Part shown: positions 6,969 to 16,697 of the stretch, piece by piece
How the letters are laid out: every line of letters starts with the position of its first letter
How positions within the stretch are numbered: position 1 is the stretch's first letter
IMG/VR virus record: IMGVR_UViG_3300030101_003060
Location: 1-53,003 of that record
Source of the DNA: a virus
Taxonomy: Duplodnaviria > Caudoviricetes
DNA length: 53,003 nt
Strand: one strand, 5' to 3'
The notes under the pieces: generated by a model
What the model saw: the letters and a program-made list of their open reading frames with translations, nothing else
Database searches by the model: none
Told to the model about the DNA's origin: nothing
Program-made: the position numbers and the translations under genes

Positions 6969-8874
6969 GGGGAATGAACTTTTCCCCCTTCCCCCTGATT
7001 ATATGGAGTTGTCGAATGACGGCCAGCGTGAAGCTCGCGTAAATGCGTGCAGACAATGGCTCGTACCTGTAACAACTCCACAAGACAAGACTGACCGATT
7101 TATTGGGTCAATGTTGTTTTTTGATCATTGGTATTTGTGTCCTGACGAAGAAGACGATTTCAACCCCATGTTCTATGACGAGGATCCTGTCCCCCTACCA
7201 GACGGACACCTTGGCATCTACAAGGAATGGGCAACCAACAGAGCATCCATTGCCATTGCACCCCGAGGATTCGCCAAGTCCAACTGCATCCGCAAGTCGA
7301 TCCTTCTCCAAATGCTGACAAGGCCCGGCTACTCCTTTATTTACGCAACTTCCACTAACGATAACGCCAAGCAGACCGGCCAGATTATTAAGACCCAGTT
7401 CCAACAGAACTCGCGTATCTTTGATGACTGGTCTCCTGAGTTTGACGATAACCGGATTGTGCCTCGTCGAGGTGAAGCATCGTTTGGTATCGAGTTGATG
7501 TACTTGAAGAATGGATCTTGGTTCCGGGCGATCTCGTCAGAGTCACGTCAGCGTGGTGGTCGCCCTCGATGCTATGTTCTTGATGACCCTGAATACGATC
7601 CCCGTGCCAGCACTTCGATGTCAGTGCTTCGATCCTACATGGACACCTTGCTGTTCAAGGTTGTCATGCCGATGATTACTCGACCCGGCACCAGCCTTAG
7701 ATGGTTGGCTACCTTTGTGAGTCGCCGCCACTATGCGTGGTACGCAATGGAAACGCAGGAGACAGAAAAGGGAACTCGTTCAAGGGATTCTCGATTTGAT
7801 CACTGGTCACGAATGATCATCAAGGCTGCATATAAGGATACCAGCGACAAGTTGATTTCCTGTTGGCCTGAGATGTGGCCGGTAGATAGAGAACAAAAAG
7901 AAAACGATCCTCGCCTCAAGGAACGTATCAGCCTTGAGGAGATCCGTGAACAAATTGGATCCGCCAACTTCGCATCAGAGTACATGGCAGATCCCGGTGC
8001 CAGCGAAGATGCGTTCTTCCCTGAACTGGACGAGTCTCATTCTTGGTGGTTGACCTCTGTTGATGCCAGTTACGGTCTGAATCCAAGAGACTCTTCCACC
8101 CTAATGAACTGGAAAGGTCTGGACGGTAACACCAAGAAGATGCCGATGTCTGACTTCTTAAAGGAGTCGTGGCTCTTTATGACGGTTGATACGTCATGGA
8201 CCTCCACGGGGGATTCCGACTTCAAGGTTTGCACCGTTATGGCGGCCACCCCCGACAACGAACTCTTCGTGATTGATACGTGGGGGGGACAGTGTGATGA
8301 AAACACCCTCATCAAACACATCTTTGAGATAGCCGACAAGTGGAAAGTTCCTTCCATCCACCCCGAAGTGGTTCGTCAGAGCATTGCCCTGTACCAAAAC
8401 TTGGACAGCCTCGTAAAGCAGAGGGCTACTGAGATGTTCGACGTGGCCCATATGCCCAAGATTGTCCCTCTCAAGGTTGGGATGGTGGCAAAATCCACCC
8501 GCATTGCCGCTCTCCAGTTCCGGTTTGAGAACGGACTCATCAAGCTGCCTTTGGAACGAAGAATGGACCGCCATTGGTCGATGTTGTTTGACCAGATTGA
8601 GCAGTTCAACCCTGAAGTAGCAGACGGTGGACTAGCCAAGGACGACCATATCGACACTGTCTCCATGTCAGGCAACATCCTGAAGGGGCGTATTTCACGC
8701 CCAACCTACGATGTGGAAGACGATAGGACCCCCGAAGAACATATTATAGAGGGGGATTTTACGGATGAAGCCGGGATCCCTTGGGCATACAGGCTTCAAA
8801 AGCTGGACCCCTCCCTCTTGGATGCTATTGGAGAAGAACGTGGAAACGAACCTGATAAACCCTCAAGAGTCTGA
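6937..8874 (+). CDS. terL: terminase large subunit
   Basis: Walker A APRGFAKSN, RGGRP followed by Walker B YVLDDPE, RNase H-like nuclease residues TVDTSW...DSDF...DDHIDTVS. Confidence 0.93.
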   Translation: MRIRRIPTRSEGNELFPLPPDYMELSNDGQREARVNACRQWLVPVTTPQDKTDRFIGSMLFFDHWYLCPDEEDDFNPMFYDEDPVPLPDGHLGIYKEWATNRASIAIAPRGFAKSNCIRKSILLQMLTRPGYSFIYATSTNDNAKQTGQIIKTQFQQNSRIFDDWSPEFDDNRIVPRRGEASFGIELMYLKNGSWFRAISSESRQRGGRPRCYVLDDPEYDPRASTSMSVLRSYMDTLLFKVVMPMITRPGTSLRWLATFVSRRHYAWYAMETQETEKGTRSRDSRFDHWSRMIIKAAYKDTSDKLISCWPEMWPVDREQKENDPRLKERISLEEIREQIGSANFASEYMADPGASEDAFFPELDESHSWWLTSVDASYGLNPRDSSTLMNWKGLDGNTKKMPMSDFLKESWLFMTVDTSWTSTGDSDFKVCTVMAATPDNELFVIDTWGGQCDENTLIKHIFEIADKWKVPSIHPEVVRQSIALYQNLDSLVKQRATEMFDVAHMPKIVPLKVGMVAKSTRIAALQFRFENGLIKLPLERRMDRHWSMLFDQIEQFNPEVADGGLAKDDHIDTVSMSGNILKGRISRPTYDVEDDRTPEEHIIEGDFTDEAGIPWAYRLQKLDPSLLDAIGEERGNEPDKPSRV

Positions 8875-9121
8875 ACCCAACACTCAATCCGTAACAATTC
8901 CCTACTTCCTTTATGAAGCCATGGCCCGAGCGTACTATGGGAATAGAGCAAATTCGGATTTACCTGTACCCGAACCCCCTTCTCGTAAGGAGAATCTGAA
9001 TTTAGAGGGGGTTTATTTCAATGGTTTAGATGTACCATCTAATTGGAAACCCGGCGGCGTAGCCGCGAAGGACCCTCGACATGTCACACCAGAAGTTCAA
9101 ACTTCCCAAGAAGAAGGTTGA
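8840..9121 (+). CDS. hypothetical protein
   Basis: GTG start with GGAG RBS; bridges TerL and portal. Confidence 0.55.
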   Translation: METNLINPQESEPNTQSVTIPYFLYEAMARAYYGNRANSDLPVPEPPSRKENLNLEGVYFNGLDVPSNWKPGGVAAKDPRHVTPEVQTSQEEG

Positions 9122-11072
9122 AATCTGTCAGGTCATTCGTGACCACGCCGAAAAGGAAATACAACGTCTTTCCTACCGGCGAATCACTTGGCTCTTGACG
9201 TATTACTATCTCAATGGGATGCGTCGTTTTGACGTGTTTGATCCCAATACCGGCAACTTGTCTCCCCACTATCTTGATGAAGATGGCAACATGGAGTTTC
9301 AGAGTCAGGAAATGCTGTCGGCTATCGACCGTGCATCTGCCCGGCTCTCCTCTATGGACCTTCGTCCCAAGGTTTTAAGGACTGGAACCAGCCTCCCAAT
9401 GATCCGCCAGCGGGCTACGGCCCAACTTCTGGCGGATTCTTTGGTGGCGGATGATCAAATTGCAGAAGTCTCCACCAAGTTTGCCCACCTGTTTACGTCT
9501 TTGGGGTCATGTGGTATTCAGGGGCATATTGTAGATCACCCCACAATCGGACTCACCGCAGACCTTGAGGTTATCCATCCCAAAGAAATCCTTCCTTTCC
9601 CCTCCCTCAACACGGACTACACCAAACAAGCCGGGCTTATTCGCCAGCGTGTTGTCCCGCTTGAAACTCTGATCGAGAAATACGGAGACAAGATCAAGCG
9701 TCACTTGGACGAGATGGAGTTTTATGAGATTGAGATTGGGGATCCACTTGAAGACGTTGACAACAACGAGTCATTGGAAAGCCAAGTCAAAAACCCATTT
9801 AACGATAAGGGGTATAAAGGCGGTGGTGCAGATGCGATGAAGGTAGTGAGGATTCGGGAGCTTTGGATTGATGGCCCCCGAGGAACATGTGATCGTTATA
9901 TCATTTGTTCTGGTGACTACCTTATTGAAGATCAAGATCTCTCTCAGACTCAAACATATTGTCCGATTGGATTCTCTCGTTTCATTGAAAACGGATCTTT
10001 CCATGGGGTCGGACTCTTTGACATGCTGTTTTCCATCAATCGTGAGATGGAGAAAATGTTGAAGTCTCTCTTCAATAATGTGAGAGATATGGATAGGTAC
10101 GGGGTTGTCGTTATGCCGCAAGGATCGTTTAATGAACGATCAGTCCTGCGGGAGGTTGGTAATGGCTTGCGAATGATTTCGTACCAGCCAGACCCCCTCA
10201 ACGAAAAGTTCAGTCCCTTTACGATTGCCCCCCACAATGCGGGAGATATTCCCGGAAAGACTGCGGCTTATGCCAAGCAGTTGATGCAGGGAATCAATCC
10301 GGTCCAAGACCTTATTCAAGAGAAGGGTCGAATCGACTCGGCAACTGGCCTCCAATTCCTAGATGAACAGATCAACCGGGCCATGACAAACCCAACAATG
10401 GGGGTTGTCCAAGCCTTTGGCAAGATGTACAGGAGTATGGTGTCTAATGCCACAAGAGAACTTGTATTGAATCCTCGGCCTATCCCCGTCAAGGCATTTG
10501 ACTTGAATTTGGCAGGGGCAGTTATTGACTTCAATTCAAGCGAGATTTCATTCCAGAACAATCCAATCCCCAATAGTTCCCATCTTACTTATACTGTTCG
10601 TCAGGTCCATCCTCGTTCTGAGGTGGTTCGTAAGCAGGAAGCCATCCAGATGCTACAGTCTGGATTGATGGATCCAGATGGATTTAAGCTCTTTGCTTTG
10701 AAGGAAGGACTTGACTTTGCTATGTGGATTGACGAAGATCAAGCCGCATACGAATTGGTTGTTCAAAATATCCTTACCCTCTTTGGCGATGGAACAGATC
10801 CCGGACAAGTAGTCATTACTCCCCACACTTCACGACCAGAACTTCAACTCCGAGTCCTTTCATCCTTTATGTCTGGACCCATGATGAATCAGGCGGATCC
10901 TGAAGTAGTTGACCAATTCAAAATTTATCGAGAATCACTCATCCAATTCATGGGCCAATCTCTTCCTGAGATGGTTCCAAACCCCGACTCCGCAGCACTA
11001 TTTGCGGAACAACAACCCCAAGCGGGACCTAAGCCCGGTCCCGGCATGATGCAAGGAATGATGAATGTCTGA
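9081..11072 (+). CDS. portal protein
   Basis: 663 aa, between TerL and scaffold/capsid; GVGLFDML..INRE..K and DSATG motifs; Q/P-rich tail. Confidence 0.82.
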   Translation: MSHQKFKLPKKKVEICQVIRDHAEKEIQRLSYRRITWLLTYYYLNGMRRFDVFDPNTGNLSPHYLDEDGNMEFQSQEMLSAIDRASARLSSMDLRPKVLRTGTSLPMIRQRATAQLLADSLVADDQIAEVSTKFAHLFTSLGSCGIQGHIVDHPTIGLTADLEVIHPKEILPFPSLNTDYTKQAGLIRQRVVPLETLIEKYGDKIKRHLDEMEFYEIEIGDPLEDVDNNESLESQVKNPFNDKGYKGGGADAMKVVRIRELWIDGPRGTCDRYIICSGDYLIEDQDLSQTQTYCPIGFSRFIENGSFHGVGLFDMLFSINREMEKMLKSLFNNVRDMDRYGVVVMPQGSFNERSVLREVGNGLRMISYQPDPLNEKFSPFTIAPHNAGDIPGKTAAYAKQLMQGINPVQDLIQEKGRIDSATGLQFLDEQINRAMTNPTMGVVQAFGKMYRSMVSNATRELVLNPRPIPVKAFDLNLAGAVIDFNSSEISFQNNPIPNSSHLTYTVRQVHPRSEVVRKQEAIQMLQSGLMDPDGFKLFALKEGLDFAMWIDEDQAAYELVVQNILTLFGDGTDPGQVVITPHTSRPELQLRVLSSFMSGPMMNQADPEVVDQFKIYRESLIQFMGQSLPEMVPNPDSAALFAEQQPQAGPKPGPGMMQGMMNV

Positions 11073-11952
11073 AGAAACGAACGAAGTCGAACCCACAAAT
11101 GAAGCCCCCCAAGAAACGCCGCAAGAAACCATCGATCTGGACCAAAAGATCAAAGTGGGGGGAGAAGAATACTCGCAACACGAATTGGCAGAAACGGTTG
11201 AGAACTTCGACACCCTTCGTGAATATGCTCAGAATCTTGAGGAATTCCAACAAGCCACAATGAGGCTGATGGATCCAAACACAGACACGGAAGTCAAGAA
11301 AAGAGATGCCCGTAATATCCTTCTTGCTTCAAATTACACCCCAGAGCAGGTAGAGGAATGGGTGAAAATCTATGACGAGAATCCTCCGATGACAGAAGAA
11401 CAACAACAACAGCCTCAGAATGACCCTATGGCCCAGCAAGCCATGGCGAATTCTCAAAGAGTGAATGATGAAGTTTTGAAGTTGCGGGCACAAATGCTGC
11501 AACAAAATATGGAAAAAGAAGTTTCGACTGCACTTTCCAACAATAATGATGGGAAAGTCCTAATGGATTGGCTTGAAACCAATCGACAAGGTGAAGAACT
11601 CAGCACCGTCAAAGAAAGTCTTTCGGAGAGAGTCAGGACTCAGGCCCTCGAAAACCTCCGACAACGACGAAACCACGCCGGTTCGTTTGACGATTCATGG
11701 GTTGGAGAAGAGGTTTCTAAGGCTGCCCAAAAGGTAGCCAAAGACATGCTCACGGTAATCGGTGACACCTCCAAGATTGGACGTGTTTCGGAAACAGAAG
11801 GGCAAACTGAAAATCTGTACCGCAAGGACCCTGTAAAACTGCCCGACACAAAGGGTAAGTCCTTCGGTGACGTTGAAGCCCAGTTGCGTGACTGGACTTC
11901 AGATCAGCTCCTTCGGTCGCTTTCCGATCCCGGTGGCGACACTAAAGCGTGA
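11065..11952 (+). CDS. capsid scaffolding protein
   Basis: Acidic, helical, contains KIKVGGEE motif; directly upstream of the MCP. Confidence 0.7.
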   Translation: MSEETNEVEPTNEAPQETPQETIDLDQKIKVGGEEYSQHELAETVENFDTLREYAQNLEEFQQATMRLMDPNTDTEVKKRDARNILLASNYTPEQVEEWVKIYDENPPMTEEQQQQPQNDPMAQQAMANSQRVNDEVLKLRAQMLQQNMEKEVSTALSNNNDGKVLMDWLETNRQGEELSTVKESLSERVRTQALENLRQRRNHAGSFDDSWVGEEVSKAAQKVAKDMLTVIGDTSKIGRVSETEGQTENLYRKDPVKLPDTKGKSFGDVEAQLRDWTSDQLLRSLSDPGGDTKA

Positions 11953-11963
11953 GGTAATTTCAA

Positions 11964-13523
11964 ATGGCTAATGATGGCGCAACAACGGGACAGCTTTTCG
12001 ATAAGGAAAGCACCCGTATTGAGGAGGTTCTGTCGAAGCAAATCGACACGATCCTCCCGACTATGGACCCAATTTGGCGAGACACTGTTGTCTCGTCGCA
12101 GGGCGTTGGAAGTGTCAGTGAATTCTCTAAGGACTTTGAAGTCAACAAGCTCTATCGCACCGGCATGACCGGCGTGATCGAACAGGGTGATACTGTTGAC
12201 GATTTCTTCCTTTATGGTGACGCAGACGCTACCGAAATGGGTTCTCGTCTTCGTAGAAACTCTGCCACTAAGTTTTTCCCCGATCCGATGGACGGTCCTA
12301 AGCAAAAGACCTTCCGTCTGACCGTGGCTATGCGGGCTATGTACACCAACCTGTCTCTCACTCTTGGTGAGATGCAGATGGATGCAACTCCTGCTGTCGT
12401 GGACTCTGTGATCTCCCCGATCCTTCAGGGTTTCGCTCAGAACCTGTCGCACACTCTGTGCAACTACTGGTACCTGAGCCAGAACGACTCGTACCGTCTG
12501 GGTACCGTTGGCTCTATTGCCACCGGACACACGACCCTTACTGGTTCCGGCGGTCCAACCGACACCGGAGGCAGCATTAAGTCGATCCGCATCAACACTC
12601 AAGAAGGAGCCTATGATCGCTTCTTCACCGGTCAGCGTGTGGACATCTACAACGGTGGTGTTCGTCTTAACGACAACGGCAGTGGTACTTATTACCCCGC
12701 CTATGTCGCAAGCGTTGACGACCTGAAGGGCGAAGTCGTTATCGTCATTCCTTCAGGTGGTTTGTCGGCAGACATCGCTGAGAACCACATCATCTACTAC
12801 GCCAACAGTGGCGAAACGCGAGACAGCACTTCTGCGGCGGCGTTTACCGGCATTGCTGGTGTTAACTCTTGGCTCAAGAATACTGGTAATCTGCTTGGTG
12901 ACGAAGCTCACGGTACGAGTGCTATTGATGTTGATGAGCATCCCGAGTTCAAGTCGTTCTTCAAGAGTGGCGTTGGCGTTCTGACTGAGCATAAGCTCCG
13001 TCAGTATCTCCGTCGTTTCCACGCGGCTAAGGCAAAGCTCGGTCAGACCATTGACAGCCTTGTTGCTTCTGATGGTGTCTGGCTTTCTTACGAAGCCCAG
13101 AAGATCGGTCAGTACCAAATCGACCGTACCGGCAACCTTTCAAACATGAACAATCAGGGTTCCGCTGAGGGCTTTGCGTTCACGTTTGAAGGTCGCACCT
13201 ACAAGGGCAACACTTCGCAGTACGTCGAAGACGGCTCTGTCTACGGTGTGAAGACTTCCGGTAATAACTGGAAGCGGTATGTACCGCCGGATTACAGTGG
13301 TCTTCAGAAGATGGGTGAGGCTCCCAGTCACGTTCCGTTCCGGTTCGTGGTCCCGGCTCTCACCGGCGGCAGCAGTGTGAAGTTCCCGTATCTGAAGAGC
13401 AACGGTCAGCAGATGACTGAAGCTGTTCAGATGCCCGGTATGCTTCGTATGCAGTTGATCCCCGATCAGCCCGCAGGTATGAAGCTCACTGGTGTCACGA
13501 CCGACACGGTCTACGGTGACTGA
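11964..13523 (+). CDS. major capsid protein
   Basis: 519 aa; strong codon bias; RBS GAGGT; FTGIAG HK97-like segment; follows scaffold and is followed by a terminator. Confidence 0.8.
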   Translation: MANDGATTGQLFDKESTRIEEVLSKQIDTILPTMDPIWRDTVVSSQGVGSVSEFSKDFEVNKLYRTGMTGVIEQGDTVDDFFLYGDADATEMGSRLRRNSATKFFPDPMDGPKQKTFRLTVAMRAMYTNLSLTLGEMQMDATPAVVDSVISPILQGFAQNLSHTLCNYWYLSQNDSYRLGTVGSIATGHTTLTGSGGPTDTGGSIKSIRINTQEGAYDRFFTGQRVDIYNGGVRLNDNGSGTYYPAYVASVDDLKGEVVIVIPSGGLSADIAENHIIYYANSGETRDSTSAAAFTGIAGVNSWLKNTGNLLGDEAHGTSAIDVDEHPEFKSFFKSGVGVLTEHKLRQYLRRFHAAKAKLGQTIDSLVASDGVWLSYEAQKIGQYQIDRTGNLSNMNNQGSAEGFAFTFEGRTYKGNTSQYVEDGSVYGVKTSGNNWKRYVPPDYSGLQKMGEAPSHVPFRFVVPALTGGSSVKFPYLKSNGQQMTEAVQMPGMLRMQLIPDQPAGMKLTGVTTDTVYGD

Positions 13524-13530
13524 TGTTAAT

Positions 13531-13563
13531 GGGAGGGGGGCTTAGTCCCCCCTCCCTCCCTTT
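13531..13563 (+). terminator. intrinsic terminator after MCP
   Basis: GGGAGGGGGG-CTTAGT-CCCCCCTCCC then TCCCTTT. Confidence 0.7.
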
Positions 13564-13574
13564 GGGGTTTTGCT

Positions 13575-14447
13575 ATGCCCGGACCCGGAATGTACAATCT
13601 CCCTAGTTACGGTCAAAACCGTAGGCAAGGGACATACGATACCTCTCAGAGGGATCAGGAAATTTCAGATGTTGCTGCTCGTCAGCAACACCAGCAGGAA
13701 ATGATTAAGGAGTTTGGAAGGAATCACCCCCTTACAAACCCGATCCTTAATGTAGATCCAAACCGTCTTCAAAATCCTGAAGCCCGTGAACAATACAGGC
13801 AGGCAGTTACCGCTGCAAATACTGCAAGAGAAGACCTTAGAAATACAATTTGGCAGATGAGAAATCCTCGTCCCGGATCAGGTCCTCAAATCGGTGCTAA
13901 CCCCGATTACCTTGAGGCTCTTGTTTTTGGAGGACAAGGACAACAAGCGGCCAGTAATTGGGCACAGCAATTATCTGATAATAGAGCAAGATATGGCTCT
14001 TCGATACCGACTATGGCGGACAGAGTAGCCGTAGGAAATAGAGCAAACGATGCCCTTCAAGGCATTCCGGGCATATCTGATGCTGCACAATTTACAATGA
14101 TGTCTATGCTTCCTGCGGCAGGACAGGCTTTGAGAACTGCTCCCGTCATTAGTCAAGTTAGAAGCGGACTAGAAAGAGTGGGTAATGTTGCTTCTAGGGT
14201 GCCTGGAGCAACTCAAGCAAATACTCTTGCAAAAAAACTTGATCCAACAGATCTTGGAAAGTTTACAGCAGACGAAGGATTTAAGACTGCACTAAGAGGC
14301 GGAAATCCTTTTGTTAAAGGTGCGGTCATTGAACAGTTAGGAACTTCTCAAGCAGGGCAAAATGTAGCATCTCTTTCCGGTTGGAGGCACGCAATGGGTG
14401 TGCCAAGTCACATGAAATGGATCCCTCTTATAGCGGGATCACAGTAA
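13575..14447 (+). CDS. hypothetical protein (Q/A/G-rich)
   Basis: 290-aa ORF. Confidence 0.75.
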   Translation: MPGPGMYNLPSYGQNRRQGTYDTSQRDQEISDVAARQQHQQEMIKEFGRNHPLTNPILNVDPNRLQNPEAREQYRQAVTAANTAREDLRNTIWQMRNPRPGSGPQIGANPDYLEALVFGGQGQQAASNWAQQLSDNRARYGSSIPTMADRVAVGNRANDALQGIPGISDAAQFTMMSMLPAAGQALRTAPVISQVRSGLERVGNVASRVPGATQANTLAKKLDPTDLGKFTADEGFKTALRGGNPFVKGAVIEQLGTSQAGQNVASLSGWRHAMGVPSHMKWIPLIAGSQ

Positions 14448-14475
14448 ACAAAAGGGTATTAAATTCGGGGGAAAT

Positions 14476-14724
14476 ATGGAGGGGCTTGAAAGTCATATCA
14501 TTGATATTGCCATGACGGCAATAGGGTCAGCGGTATTTGGATTGATCGGCTTTGTATGGAAAATTAGCCACAAGGTCAGCGAGTTGGACAAAAAGGTAGA
14601 AGGTTTAAGAGATCTCCAAGTTACAGATTCTCGTCAATTTAGAAAAGACATTGACTACATATTGAATAAAGTGGACAACCACGGCGACAAGATGTATTCG
14701 ATTGTCAAGAACTTAAAAGATTGA
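14476..14724 (+). CDS. small membrane protein (N-terminal TM plus coiled coil), holin-like
   Basis: IAMTAIGSAVFGLIGFVW followed by heptad repeats. Confidence 0.6.
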   Translation: MEGLESHIIDIAMTAIGSAVFGLIGFVWKISHKVSELDKKVEGLRDLQVTDSRQFRKDIDYILNKVDNHGDKMYSIVKNLKD

Positions 14725-14726
14725 TT

Positions 14727-15389
14727 ATGCCAAAAGAAGGAAGCCAAGAATTGGAGAACCGGCGGCAAGAAGAAAAAGAAGTAGGGTCTCCGAAATGGAG
14801 ATTAAAGGTAGTTGCTGAACTCAAGCAATGGAGTAAGCAAGTGCTGGAACGACCTTCAGACCACTACAACGGTCTGCCTCCTTGTCCTTTTGCCCGTAAG
14901 GCTTGGCTCGACAACAAGGTCAAGATTGACTTTGGTAGCAAGAAAGAAATCATTAAAAACTGCATCAACTGGAATGACGACATTGAACTGTTGATTGTCG
15001 TTGTAGAGGACCCCAAGTGGGGAGATATTGATGATTGGTGCGAAGTCGAAAACGATCAACTGTCAAATGATAATTTGACGCTTATGGCTTTCTGCCATGA
15101 GGGCGATGCGGTTCCTCCGGGTCAGCCAGAAGAAGAATTGGAAGATTGGGATCATCTGATTGATGAGCCTTATTCCATGGTATTTATTCAAAGGCTTTCA
15201 ACCGTAAACGCTGCCAGCGAAAAGTTGGAGCGCCAAGGTTACTACAAGAACTGCACGGCGGAGTTCTTGGAGTATGTTACTGACCGTCGTGAAAGGCAAC
15301 ACAATGGCAGGTATGCGAAACGGAATGGGCAAGGGCAAGAAAAAGGTCATGGGCAAGAAGAAGGCTGCAAAGAAGCCCGCATTTCTTAA
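14727..15389 (+). CDS. DUF1415-like protein
   Basis: LPPCPFARKAW and PYSMVFIQRL motifs; family recalled from memory. Confidence 0.55.
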   Translation: MPKEGSQELENRRQEEKEVGSPKWRLKVVAELKQWSKQVLERPSDHYNGLPPCPFARKAWLDNKVKIDFGSKKEIIKNCINWNDDIELLIVVVEDPKWGDIDDWCEVENDQLSNDNLTLMAFCHEGDAVPPGQPEEELEDWDHLIDEPYSMVFIQRLSTVNAASEKLERQGYYKNCTAEFLEYVTDRRERQHNGRYAKRNGQGQEKGHGQEEGCKEARIS

Positions 15390-15411
15390 GAAGATTAAGA
15401 AGAAGAAATAA
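15304..15411 (+). CDS. 35-aa lysine-rich microprotein
   Basis: MAGMRNGMGKGKKKVMGKKKAAKKPAFLKKIKKKK; AAGG RBS; not in the track. Confidence 0.65.
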   Translation: MAGMRNGMGKGKKKVMGKKKAAKKPAFLKKIKKKK

Positions 15412-15413
15412 TC

Positions 15414-15671
15414 ATGGCAAAAAAAAAGGGTGCTATGAAGGGATGCGGCATCAAGAACAAATGTAAGTCCAAAGCAGGAGGTTTGACTGCTAAGGGCCGC
15501 CGCATGATTAACAAGAAGACAGGTTCTAACCTCAAGGCCCCTCAGCCTGGAGGTGGTTCTCGCAAAAAGTCATACTGTGCCCGATCAGCGGGACAGATGA
15601 AGAAGTTCCCCAAGGCAGCCAAGGATCCGAATAGTCGGCTTCGTAAAGCTCGCCGCAGATGGAAGTGCTGA
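15414..15671 (+). CDS. lysine-rich protein (DUF6321-like)
   Basis: GGLTAKGR...NLKAPQ...SYCARS...KDPNSRLRKARRRWKC, a motif set common in marine phages. Confidence 0.8.
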   Translation: MAKKKGAMKGCGIKNKCKSKAGGLTAKGRRMINKKTGSNLKAPQPGGGSRKKSYCARSAGQMKKFPKAAKDPNSRLRKARRRWKC

Positions 15672-15672
15672 T

Positions 15673-15831
15673 ATGGCTAAGAAGAAGTCAGGCGGCAAGA
15701 AGGATGCTTGCTACCACAAGGTCAAGAGCCGCTACAAGAAGTGGCCTTCTGCTTACGCTAGTGGTGCCCTCGTCAAGTGCCGTAAGAAAGGTGCCAAGAA
15801 TTGGGGCACTGGAGGTAAGAAGAAGAAGTGA
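15673..15831 (+). CDS. 52-aa lysine-rich protein (WPSAYASG family)
   Basis: MAKKKSGGKKDACYHKVKSRYKKWPSAYASGALVKCRKKGAKNWGTGGKKKK; not in the track. Confidence 0.8.
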   Translation: MAKKKSGGKKDACYHKVKSRYKKWPSAYASGALVKCRKKGAKNWGTGGKKKK

Positions 15832-15893
15832 TACCTGCTTCTGAAATGATTTGCTCTCGCTGCGGTAAAAAATGGACGGAGTGTCGTTGCTAA
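15828..15893 (+). CDS. 21-aa Cys4 micropeptide
   Basis: (M)IPASEMICSRCGKKWTECRC; GTGA overlap with the upstream stop and TAATG overlap with the downstream start. Confidence 0.5.
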   Translation: MIPASEMICSRCGKKWTECRC

Positions 15894-16114
15894 TGGCTAA
15901 GAAAAAGACTGGTCTTAAAAAGTGGTTTGCTCAGAACAAGGGCAAAGGTTGGATTGATTGCAAGACTGGTAAGCCATGTGGACGTAAGTCTGCAAAAGGT
16001 GGGAGCAAGCGCCCTTACCCCGCTTGTCGTCCTACCAAATCGCAATGTACAAAGAAAGGCACTTCTGCCAAGAAAGGACCAGGTCGTGTCTCTTGGAAAA
16101 GTAAAAAAAAGTAG
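15893..16114 (+). CDS. lysine-rich protein (DUF5872-like)
   Basis: MAKKKTGLKKWF...WIDCKTGKPCGR...YPACRP. Confidence 0.8.
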   Translation: MAKKKTGLKKWFAQNKGKGWIDCKTGKPCGRKSAKGGSKRPYPACRPTKSQCTKKGTSAKKGPGRVSWKSKKK

Positions 16115-16156
16115 TGCCGTTGCTAAGGGCAAAGAAGAAGAAATAAGGGATTAGTT

Positions 16157-16693
16157 TTGCCTGTTAGAAAATCAGACGGCTCTTACTCAATAAGAACTCC
16201 TTACGCAAGGAAAGAAGAACTTCTTCAAATCATACAAGAAGTTCTTGGTCCTGATCACCCTACTCCAAATTTGCGTATTGAAACACTTCCGGGGCGTGAA
16301 GGGCAAGAGTTTACTGGGAAAAAGCCTAAGCCTCTTGGTGGTTTTCATCGTGGGACGGGAGACATTTATATTGATCCTGACATTATTGATGAAAACGATA
16401 TGCGATATGTTGCTGCTCACGAAGCAGCTCACGCAAAGCACTTAAAAAAAGCAGGCGTAGAAAGGTTCAAACGTACCCCAATACATAAAAGAGAATATAT
16501 CGCAGATGATATGGCGATGAGGTACCATAAAAGCAAAGGCGGAAAACTAGGTGCTTTGATGAAGTTCTTCACAGAACAAGAAGGCCCAAGGGCTAAGAGG
16601 TTTGCAAAGCAAGCAGGTAAGTTTGGGTTGCTTCCTTTGCTTGTTCTATCCTTGCTCCCAATGCTAATGTCCAACTCTAAGCAAGAGAAATAA
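16157..16693 (+). CDS. zincin-like HEXXH metallopeptidase with C-terminal hydrophobic tail
   Basis: LGGF...IYID...VAAHEAAH...REYIAD; tail FGLLPLLVLSLLPMLM. Confidence 0.7.
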   Translation: MPVRKSDGSYSIRTPYARKEELLQIIQEVLGPDHPTPNLRIETLPGREGQEFTGKKPKPLGGFHRGTGDIYIDPDIIDENDMRYVAAHEAAHAKHLKKAGVERFKRTPIHKREYIADDMAMRYHKSKGGKLGALMKFFTEQEGPRAKRFAKQAGKFGLLPLLVLSLLPMLMSNSKQEK

Positions 16694-16697
16694 TGTT

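Noticed and set aside
11904-13331. Long antisense ORFs opposite the capsid gene
   Set aside because: Shadow ORFs produced by strong codon bias; no RBS or recognisable motifs.
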